Part shown: piece after piece, positions 49,226 to 56,752 of the stretch
Layout of the letters: each line of letters starts with the position of its first letter
Position numbering within the stretch: position 1 is the stretch's first letter
Assembly: GCA_963675295.2 (NCBI GenBank)
Contig: CAXXKJ010000002.1
Coordinates: 800,001-864,000, forward strand
Direction of reading: 5' to 3'
From: a bacterium
GTDB lineage: Bacteria; Electryoneota; Electryoneia; Electryoneales; Electryoneaceae
Length of the DNA: 64,000 nucleotides
Made by a program: the position numbers and the translations under genes
The notes under the pieces: model-generated
Told to the model about the DNA's origin: nothing
Database searches by the model: none
The model's input: only the letters and a program-made list of their open reading frames with translations

Positions 49226-49588
49226 GTGCGTGATCATACAAACTTGACCGCATTTACGTTGGCTGAGGAGTTGGCTATTGCTGTGTATGTTCATACAAGA
49301 GATTTTCCTCGCGAAGAATTGTTTGGGTTAACATCACAAATGAGAAGGGCTGCAGTCTCGGTCGCCTCAAACATCGTTGAAGGTGCAGCCAGATCAAGTC
49401 ATGCGGATTTCCTGCGATTTCTTGACATTGCGTTCGGTTCGGTCCGTGAACTGGAATTTCAGATATCCCTTGCGGCAAAACTCGACTACCTGCAAGAACC
49501 TCGCAGCACCCAATTGTCGGCCTTGGCACAACGTACTTCGAAAGTGTTGCATGGTTTGATCCAGTCTTTGAAAACGAAAAGACCGTGA
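49226..49588 (+). CDS. Four-helix-bundle protein (TIGR02436 / 23S rRNA IVP-like family)
   Basis: FPREELFGLTSQMRRAAVSVASNIVEG..R....F..FL.IA.GS..EL..Q signature; GGGAG RBS, GTG start. Confidence 0.93.
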   Translation: MRDHTNLTAFTLAEELAIAVYVHTRDFPREELFGLTSQMRRAAVSVASNIVEGAARSSHADFLRFLDIAFGSVRELEFQISLAAKLDYLQEPRSTQLSALAQRTSKVLHGLIQSLKTKRP

Positions 49589-49598
49589 ACTCACACCC

Positions 49599-49703
49599 AG
49601 ACCACAGACCACAGACCACAGACCATAGACCATAGACCAAAGACCATAGACCACAGACCATAGACCATAGACCAAAGACCATAGACCACAGACCATCGAC
49701 CAG
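49599..49703. repeat. 15-unit 7-bp tandem array (AGACCAN), right flank of the four-helix-bundle gene
   Basis: 14 x AGACCA[c/t/a] plus cgaccag; reverse complement of the left-flank unit. Confidence 0.95.
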
Positions 49704-49817
49704 AGCCCCCATCCTCCGCTCCCGGAGGACAGAACAACTGTCCATGGATCTGGGCAACTGCTGGCGGGATGCGCTCCCTGATCGTACGTTAATCCGTGGA
49801 CTTGAACTGAAACGGGG

Positions 49818-51005
49818 GTGCCTTCCATGCGACACGCACAGCTTCGAGTAGCAGCAGCCAGTCAATCCGGCCTTCTTCCTTTTGGTTTCCTTTTAGTTCT
49901 TCTGGTGTGTACGGGACTTGCGATGACCGTGCCCGCCTTGGCGCAGCCGACGCAAACCTGGATCTACGCATTTGATGTCTACTATGTGTTTCAGGATATC
50001 TATGACCTTGCGATCACATCGGACGGCAACGTGGTTGCAGTCGGACGTTGGGATGATCGAGCGAGCGCAGTTAAGCTGGACAGCGATACGGGGCAGGTGC
50101 TGTGGGAATACCACACGAACGACAACGATTCGCAGTTGAACTGTGTAAGTTCGGTTGAAGACGGCAGCGGGGATATGCTGATCGGTGGTTGGAAGAATGA
50201 AGATGCTCTTCTAGCCCGGTTGTCAGCACAGGGTGAATTGATCTGGATGCGGCTCTTCAATCCGAGCCCAACGTTGAATCCCGATTGGATCAGTGATATG
50301 CTGATTCATCCGAGCGGTAATATCTATCTCTGCGGTCTTCTGTCCGGACAGAAGACTTATGCTTGGTTACGTGCTGATGATCCCAGCCAACACCAGGTGT
50401 ATCGCAACTTGCCCGTTGTGATACCCCGTGGGCGACGTCTGGAGGTGGCTTCACCATCCTCATTTCTCATTGGGGGTGACATCTGGAGTGGCACAACGTT
50501 ATATGGTGGAGTAGCACAGGTTTCAACATCCGGTGAGGTAGAGTGGATTCACCAGGCACCCGATGTGAACTACACATACGGAGTAGCTCGGACGCAGGAC
50601 GCTATCACTGTGTTTGTGGGTCCGATGAGTGACTTCGGCGAACCCGTACGTGCATTCATACGCGGCCTCGATGGACAGGGCAATCAGGTCTGGGGGCTGG
50701 AACATGGTGTAGGCGATGATAACAGCGTTTACCACGATGTTTGCCCGGCGAATCCAGGAGGTTCCAATGATGTCTATGTCGTAGGGAATCTGTATGAGCA
50801 GAACGGCGGCCCCAGCCGTCAGGTTTTGCGCCGGATTTCGTCATCCGGGGATATCATCTGGACAGTTTACGGCACGGACGGCATCAGCTACCACAACGAG
50901 TGGCGGGTGGTGAAAGCGCTGAATAATGATGGCGTGATTGTCGCGGGTAAACGATTCGTGGCCCACAACGAAGCCGACCTGGTCATCGAACGCTACGATC
51001 CGTGA
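49818..51005 (+). CDS. Secreted probable beta-propeller, paralog 1 of 3
   Basis: Signal peptide ending ALA-QPTQTW; G...W blade motifs; ends VIERYDP. Start 49818 or 49827. Confidence 0.78.
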   Translation: MPSMRHAQLRVAAASQSGLLPFGFLLVLLVCTGLAMTVPALAQPTQTWIYAFDVYYVFQDIYDLAITSDGNVVAVGRWDDRASAVKLDSDTGQVLWEYHTNDNDSQLNCVSSVEDGSGDMLIGGWKNEDALLARLSAQGELIWMRLFNPSPTLNPDWISDMLIHPSGNIYLCGLLSGQKTYAWLRADDPSQHQVYRNLPVVIPRGRRLEVASPSSFLIGGDIWSGTTLYGGVAQVSTSGEVEWIHQAPDVNYTYGVARTQDAITVFVGPMSDFGEPVRAFIRGLDGQGNQVWGLEHGVGDDNSVYHDVCPANPGGSNDVYVVGNLYEQNGGPSRQVLRRISSSGDIIWTVYGTDGISYHNEWRVVKALNNDGVIVAGKRFVAHNEADLVIERYDP

Positions 51006-51059
51006 TTAACGTAATCTAAGCAGTAGCTACGGGTTTGAAATGATAAGGGGAGATGTCCG

Positions 51060-52241
51060 ATGAAACGAATTTGGACCTACAGCAGAGTTGGTCCCGGCAC
51101 ACACTTCCAGCAGGTGTTGTTTGGCATGGTCGCGCTATTGTTTGTAACGGTGTCCGCGTGCGCCCAGCCGACGCAGACCTGGATTCATGAGTTTCCAACC
51201 CTGCCGTATCCATGGGAATCGGTGCATGAAATGGTGATCACCACGGATGGCCGTGTCGTGGTGGTTGGTGCATGGAACGACATGTGGGGAATTCTGTGTC
51301 TTGACCTTGCCACGGGCGATCCGCTGTGGGAGTTGTCAGGTGGTGATGATCTCACGAGAATGACCAGCGTTGTGACGACGGATGACGGAACGGGTGATAT
51401 CATTGCCGGAGGCCACCCGCAGTTTGACGCGTTTCGTTCCTATCTCACCCGGGTCAATGCGCAGGGGGAGATCGTCTGGTGGCGCGATTTGCAGCACTCA
51501 AGCCTTCCAAACCGCGTGTACACGATACAGGCTCTGATGAGAATGGGCCCTGACAAGGTGTTTGCGTGTGGGCAGATCAACAGCCGGCCAACAATCGGCT
51601 GGGTGAATATCGATAATCCTGGTGTCCACTGGGCACGTTCAATCAATTCAGGGGACGGCCCGTGGACGATGGCAATGGCTCAATATTCCGGTACATCGGT
51701 CCTGATGGGTGGTAAGATCGCTCAGGGCAACAGCTTCAACGGCATCGTACTGAATATGAGCCGCCAGGGCCAGCTACTCTGGGCATACCAGACGAATCAC
51801 ATGATTTCGGTACTTGGGATAGCAAGTACGATGGACGGAACGGTCATCGCGGCCGGGTACGAAAGCAGGTTGGGTGTTCAAGAATACCCCGCCCGCATGG
51901 AGGGATTGAACGCAAACGGTGAGTTTCTCTGGGCAATCGAGCAGGGTTTGGATAATCATAGCCTGTTCTATGATGTGTGCACGACCGATCCGTCTGGATC
52001 GAACGATGTGTACGTCGCGGGAAGTGTCAATGAGGAAGAGGATGGTCCGAACTACCAGCTGGTGCACAAGGTCAGTTCCACGGGCGAGATCATCTGGACA
52101 CTCTACGGTTCAGCCGGAAACAGTGATCAGAACGGTTGGACTGCCGTTGAAGCGCTGGACAATGGCGGACTGGTTGTCGCCGGAGTGCGTTCGCCCGATT
52201 ACCCGGACGAAACGGTCGTGATCGAGCGCTACGATCCGTGA
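51060..52241 (+). CDS. Secreted probable beta-propeller, paralog 2 of 3
   Basis: ACA-QPTQTW ... VIERYDP; GGGGAG RBS. Confidence 0.8.
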   Translation: MKRIWTYSRVGPGTHFQQVLFGMVALLFVTVSACAQPTQTWIHEFPTLPYPWESVHEMVITTDGRVVVVGAWNDMWGILCLDLATGDPLWELSGGDDLTRMTSVVTTDDGTGDIIAGGHPQFDAFRSYLTRVNAQGEIVWWRDLQHSSLPNRVYTIQALMRMGPDKVFACGQINSRPTIGWVNIDNPGVHWARSINSGDGPWTMAMAQYSGTSVLMGGKIAQGNSFNGIVLNMSRQGQLLWAYQTNHMISVLGIASTMDGTVIAAGYESRLGVQEYPARMEGLNANGEFLWAIEQGLDNHSLFYDVCTTDPSGSNDVYVAGSVNEEEDGPNYQLVHKVSSTGEIIWTLYGSAGNSDQNGWTAVEALDNGGLVVAGVRSPDYPDETVVIERYDP

Positions 52242-52339
52242 TCAGGATTTCCAACGGGCAGTGCATGGTTAGACACGATACGGGAATACGGTGCCGGCCG
52301 GAATTTCAGCAATCAGCGCCAGCTACGAGGATATGATTG

Positions 52340-53515
52340 ATGAAGCATGAATGGGATGTTCGTACGGGTGGCTCCGTCACACGGTATTGGCAGATGTGGC
52401 TAGGCCTGGCAGCGATATTGATTGCCGCGGTGCCAGTGTTCGCCCAGCCGACACAAACCTGGACTCACCAGATTTCGGTGCAAGGGATGGCGTATGACAC
52501 CGTTCATGACATGGTGGTGACGCCGGATGGCCGGGTGGTGGTTGTCGGAGCCTGGCACGACATGTGGCGGGTTCGTTGTCTTGATCTTGGCACGGGCGCT
52601 TTTTTGTGGGAGGTCTCCGGAGGTCAGGAGTACTGGATGTTGACCAGTGTGGTGTCTGCGGATGACGGTTCCGGTGATGTAATCGTCGGGGGATATGAAC
52701 GATTCAGCCCGTTCGAAATTTACATCGCCCGCATCGATGCGCAGGGCCATATCGTCTGGGAACGCACGCTTGAGAATCCGAACTACAACCGCGTGTTTAC
52801 CTTAAAGGATCTATTGCGGATAGGACCAGATCGTGTCTATGGCTGCGGCCAGTTCAACAGCCAAACCTCGATCGGGTGGGTCAATATCGACAATCCCAAT
52901 TCGCACCAGGTCTTTTCCTTTGATCGGGAGGAAGGGCCGTGGACGCAATCCCTGGCTAAGTATTCGGATAACTCAATGTTGCTGGGCGGCAATTTCTTTG
53001 AGGGGTATACATTTTTCGCGAATGTACTTCACGTGACGACCTCGGGGCAGATGCTCTGGGTGTATCGCTCCTATGACATGCGGTCGGCGGATTGTCTGGC
53101 TCGAACACTTGACGGCACAACGATGCTTGGGGGGTATCATCCGTATTCCGGTACCGGAGTGTACGCGGCCCGGGTTGAGGCTGTCGATTCGAATGGTGAA
53201 TACCTGTGGTCGATCGAACAGGGTGTAGACTATTTCAGTGTCTTTAACGACATCTGCATGACGGATCCTGCGGGCTCGGATTACGTTTATGTCGCGGGTC
53301 AGGTGGTTGAGGAGCTGGATGGTCCGAACCGTCAGCTGGTGCACAAGGTGAGCTCGACAGGTGAGATCATCTGGACCCTGTACGGTGCGGACGGAGGCAG
53401 CACCGATTGCGAGTACACGGCGGTGGACGCGTTGCCGGATGGTGGTCTGGTTGTCGCTGGAACTCTCTCGGGGTATTCGGTTGGTCAGGTCGTGATCGAA
53501 CGTTACGATCCATGA
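52340..53515 (+). CDS. Secreted probable beta-propeller, paralog 3 of 3
   Basis: VFA-QPTQTW ... VIERYDP; GAGG RBS; start 52337 or 52340. Confidence 0.8.
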   Translation: MKHEWDVRTGGSVTRYWQMWLGLAAILIAAVPVFAQPTQTWTHQISVQGMAYDTVHDMVVTPDGRVVVVGAWHDMWRVRCLDLGTGAFLWEVSGGQEYWMLTSVVSADDGSGDVIVGGYERFSPFEIYIARIDAQGHIVWERTLENPNYNRVFTLKDLLRIGPDRVYGCGQFNSQTSIGWVNIDNPNSHQVFSFDREEGPWTQSLAKYSDNSMLLGGNFFEGYTFFANVLHVTTSGQMLWVYRSYDMRSADCLARTLDGTTMLGGYHPYSGTGVYAARVEAVDSNGEYLWSIEQGVDYFSVFNDICMTDPAGSDYVYVAGQVVEELDGPNRQLVHKVSSTGEIIWTLYGADGGSTDCEYTAVDALPDGGLVVAGTLSGYSVGQVVIERYDP

Positions 53516-53641
53516 TCCAAACGACAGGATCTTATCCAAGCCCCCGTGACCCGGATTGCGCGTGTCTTGGGGCTTGTTTGTTGTACCCGAAAAAAATTCA
53601 CGTATCTTCACTTCCATCGTCCATAGCATAGCCCATAGCTG

Positions 53642-54487
53642 ATGAACTACAACCCTGACCAGATCCGTGCCGCGCTGGATGAGATGGCGCGTTTGAACAC
53701 CGAATCGTCCAACCCGCGCAGTGAAACGTTGAGCGAGCTGAGCACGTCCGCGATCCTCGAGCTGATCAACGAGGAGGACGCGACGGTCCCGGCGATTGTC
53801 AACGCCGCGGTTCCGACTCTGACGAACGTCGTCGAGGCGGCGGTCGGTGCGATCAAGTCCGGCGGACGGCTGGTCTATGTCGGCGCGGGAACCTCGGGCC
53901 GGCTTGGTGTGCTGGACGCCGCCGAGTGTCCACCGACCTACGGCGTTCCGCCCACCATGGTCACCGGCATCATCGCGGGCGGGGACAGCGCGTTGAAGGT
54001 CGCCGCCGAGGGGGCGGAAGATGACGAACAGCAGGCGCTGATTGACCTCGAGGCGCATGGCGTGAACGAAAAGGACACCGTCCTCGGCATCACCGCTCGG
54101 GGTCAGACGCCGTATGTGCGCGCGATCCTGCGCGAGGCAAAGCGGCGCGGTGCGTGGGCCGGGCTGTTGACCTGCAATCCGGTGGCGCATGATCCGGAGC
54201 TGGATGAGCTGGTCGTGCTCGATGTCGGACCGGAGGTGGTAACCGGATCGACGCGGATGAAGGCGGGGCTGGCGACTAAGATGGCGTTGACGATGATCTC
54301 CACCACGACGATGGTCCGCTTGGGTCGTGTCGAGGGCAATCGGATGGTGCGTCTGATGCCGAACTCGACGAAACTCAAGGCGCGTCAGGTGAAGCTGCTG
54401 ATGGAGACGAAGGGGTTGACGTTGGAAGCGGCAGCGGAGCGTCTCGAGGCGGCGGGTGGTGATTTGACGAAAGCACTGGGCATGTGA
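53642..54487 (+). CDS. murQ: N-acetylmuramic acid 6-phosphate etherase
   Basis: TESSNPRS, YVGAGTSGRLGVLDAAECPPTYG, EGAED, GPEVVTGSTRMKAG. Confidence 0.96.
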   Translation: MNYNPDQIRAALDEMARLNTESSNPRSETLSELSTSAILELINEEDATVPAIVNAAVPTLTNVVEAAVGAIKSGGRLVYVGAGTSGRLGVLDAAECPPTYGVPPTMVTGIIAGGDSALKVAAEGAEDDEQQALIDLEAHGVNEKDTVLGITARGQTPYVRAILREAKRRGAWAGLLTCNPVAHDPELDELVVLDVGPEVVTGSTRMKAGLATKMALTMISTTTMVRLGRVEGNRMVRLMPNSTKLKARQVKLLMETKGLTLEAAAERLEAAGGDLTKALGM

Positions 54488-54528
54488 TCCATTGCCGGGC
54501 GGTGGAAGTGTAAAGGGAGGAAAGAGAG

Positions 54529-54870
54529 ATGAAGCTGGTGGAACCGTTCCCGGAGTTTGTCAAGAATCTGCCTGAAATTGATCTGCCGGTTCCGGGCGCG
54601 CGGGGCTGGATGATACAGGGTGCGGGGCAGCAGGTGGTGTTCGCTCAGTTTGACGAAACGGTGGACGTTCCCGAGCACTCCCACTCCGAACAGTGGGAGT
54701 TTGCGTTGGGCGGACGTGTCGATCTGAAAATGGACGGGCAGGTGTTGACGCACACGGCCGGTGAGAATTTCTACATCCCGGCGGGCAAGCCGCACGGCGC
54801 GACGGTACACGCCGGCTACCATGCGATGATGGTGTTCAACGAGTCGGACCGGTACAAACCGAAGGCGTGA
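54529..54870 (+). CDS. Cupin-domain protein
   Basis: VPEHSHSEQW...G...FYIPAG.PHGA. Confidence 0.9.
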   Translation: MKLVEPFPEFVKNLPEIDLPVPGARGWMIQGAGQQVVFAQFDETVDVPEHSHSEQWEFALGGRVDLKMDGQVLTHTAGENFYIPAGKPHGATVHAGYHAMMVFNESDRYKPKA

Positions 54871-54876
54871 ACGAAG

Positions 54877-54904
54877 AGTGATGAGTTGTGAGTCATGAGT
54901 AAGT
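54877..54904. repeat. 7-bp tandem array after the cupin stop
   Basis: agtgatg agttgtg agtcatg agtaagt. Confidence 0.7.
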
Positions 54905-55004
54905 AAACAGCGAACAAATAACAACCTCGTTCGCCCCCGACCAGCTTGCTGGTCGGGTTTGGCCGTGCCGTCAGGGCACATCGCGAACAGAGCGCGTAGA
55001 AAAA

Positions 55005-55036
55005 ACGATGCCACGGATGTGAATCCGTGGCATCGT
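55005..55036. repeat. REP-like palindrome; left direct repeat of the IS
   Basis: acgatgccacggat-gtga-atccgtggcatcgt. Confidence 0.9.
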
Positions 55037-56650
55037 CAGACTGCTGACAAACCCCGTCATTTGATGGGGTTTGTTTTGTATTCACACGGCACATCCTACT
55101 GGTTGGATTTGTGGTATAGTTGGCAGGTTGTGTTTGGTTCTTCGCTCGATTTTTCTATCGAGACCGTTGAGCGTGGTGCGCTGGGATAGAAGACCGGCTA
55201 AATAGGTCCATAGTCTTGAGATAGAGGGGTGTTTCGCCATTGTCATGGCGATCTTCTTCATGTTCTGGCAGGCGGCGGACAGCAGGCATTGTTCACGTGC
55301 TCCGGCTATCGAGCGCAGCCGGGCATAGCGATGGCCATACAGTTGTTTGGCTTCGCCGAAGCTGCGTTCGACCGTCTCCCGTCGTCGCCGGTACGTGGCC
55401 CGTCCGCGTTCTGTCCGAGCGGTCGCGATCATCTTTTCACGGCTGGCCTGCCACACGTGCCGGGTGACCACCTTGCGGTGATTGGCGCTTTCGGTGCATT
55501 GCTGCAACAGGGGACAGAGGACACAGCACGACGGGTCGGAAACATATTCCTGGTAGCCTTCACGTGTCGTCGTGCGATACGGTAGTGTCTGGCCGCCGGG
55601 ACAGTGGTAGACATCCCCCAGCGAATCGTACACAAACAGTCGTTTTGCCAGCATTCCCTTCTTGCGTGTCGTACGTACCGAGCCGATCACGCCGTCGATC
55701 TTTCGATCCTCCAGCCCCTTGCAGATGGCGGCGGTATTGTAGCCGGCGTCGAGACCGACCCTTTCCACCGGGAAGTGGAATTTGCGAATCTGTGTGTCGA
55801 GACGCTCGAGGTAGGGGGTGCTGTCATGTACATTGCCGGGGGTGACATGCGTGTCGGTGATGATTCCGGCCTTGTTGTCTACGGTACGGTGGTCAAGGTA
55901 GAAAAAGCCCTGCGGCTTGCCGTCCCGCACCATGAAGCCGCTGTCCGGATCGGTGGTGCTGACCTTGATTTCCTTTGTCGCCGGCGGTGATGAATCGTCA
56001 TTGTCACGTTTCTTCAGTGGCTTTTTGCCATGCGCCAGGCGATCCGCATCCACCGCCTCTTCCAGATCGGACAGATACGACTTCGTCGCCACTGTCACCT
56101 GCCGCTTCTTGAACTTCTTCTTGTTCGCGCTGGCTTTCAGGTGCGTCGAATCGGTGAACAAGACCCGGCCATCGACCAGGCCACGACGGATCGCCAGCAG
56201 CACGATCTCGTCGAAGATCTCCTGGAAGATGGTGCTTTCACGGAAACGGCGGCGTCGATTCTGGCTGATCGTGGACGCGTCCGGCACCTTGTCACGCAGA
56301 TCCAGCCCGAGGAACCAGCGATAGGCAACATTGACCTGGATCTCACGCACCAGCTGACGCTCGGACCGAATTCCGTACAGGTAACCGATGAACAACATCT
56401 TGAACAGAAGGACAGGGTCAACAGCCGGACGGCCATTGTCGGCGCTGTAGAGATGCTTTACACGATCCCGGATAAACGAAAAATCAATTGCCGCATCAAT
56501 CTTCCGCAAAAGATGATCGTCCGGGACCAAATCGTCAATGTAAATAAGCTCCGCTGCGCTTTGATGAGCTTTGGAAGTAGGTAGCATCTACAAAGATACA
56601 AAACAAATCCCCACAGGTCGAGAGCCCGTGGGGACTTTGTCAGCAGTCTG
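55037..56650 (-). mobile_element. IS1182-family insertion sequence
   Basis: Perfect 15-bp terminal inverted repeats cagactgctgacaaa (55037-51) and tttgtcagcagtctg (56636-50); each end continues into a hairpin and TTTGTTTTGTA; one transposase ORF; 32-bp flanking duplication. Confidence 0.93.
55082..56587 (-). CDS. IS1182-family DDE transposase
   Basis: LVPDDHLLRKID, GRPAVDP..LFKML..GYLYGIRSERQL, DSTHLKA, STTDPDSG, LDAGY, YRRRRETVERSF...K..YG. Confidence 0.95.
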   Translation of the reverse strand: MLPTSKAHQSAAELIYIDDLVPDDHLLRKIDAAIDFSFIRDRVKHLYSADNGRPAVDPVLLFKMLFIGYLYGIRSERQLVREIQVNVAYRWFLGLDLRDKVPDASTISQNRRRRFRESTIFQEIFDEIVLLAIRRGLVDGRVLFTDSTHLKASANKKKFKKRQVTVATKSYLSDLEEAVDADRLAHGKKPLKKRDNDDSSPPATKEIKVSTTDPDSGFMVRDGKPQGFFYLDHRTVDNKAGIITDTHVTPGNVHDSTPYLERLDTQIRKFHFPVERVGLDAGYNTAAICKGLEDRKIDGVIGSVRTTRKKGMLAKRLFVYDSLGDVYHCPGGQTLPYRTTTREGYQEYVSDPSCCVLCPLLQQCTESANHRKVVTRHVWQASREKMIATARTERGRATYRRRRETVERSFGEAKQLYGHRYARLRSIAGAREQCLLSAACQNMKKIAMTMAKHPSISRLWTYLAGLLSQRTTLNGLDRKIERRTKHNLPTIPQIQPVGCAV

Positions 56651-56682
56651 ACGATGCCACGGATTTGAATCCGTGGCATCGT
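56651..56682. repeat. REP-like palindrome; right direct repeat of the IS
   Basis: acgatgccacggat-ttga-atccgtggcatcgt, 31/32 identical to the left copy. Confidence 0.9.
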
Positions 56683-56700
56683 GTTTTTGTCTTGATCTTT

Positions 56701-56747
56701 GTCTCAAGTCTCAAGTCTCAAGACTCAAGACACAGGACTCAGGACTG
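56701..56747. repeat. 7-bp tandem array past the stop of the S8 gene
   Basis: gtctcaa x3, gactcaa, gacacag, gactcag, gactg. Confidence 0.85.
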
Positions 56748-56752
56748 TCCCT

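Noticed and set aside
49127-49703. 23S rRNA intervening sequence
   Set aside because: The flanks are protein-coding genes; no rRNA sequence is present.
49275-49865. Minus-strand ORFs with GLWSMVY repeats
   Set aside because: These are translations of the heptamer array and overlap the four-helix gene antisense.
49226-53515. Diversity-generating retroelement (Avd-like gene next to paralogous targets)
   Set aside because: No reverse transcriptase in the window. Differences between the paralog 3' ends are mostly synonymous and not adenine-specific, and no TR/VR pair was seen.
49818-53640. Integron cassette array
   Set aside because: No integrase, and no attC-like repeats in the short spacers between the paralogs.
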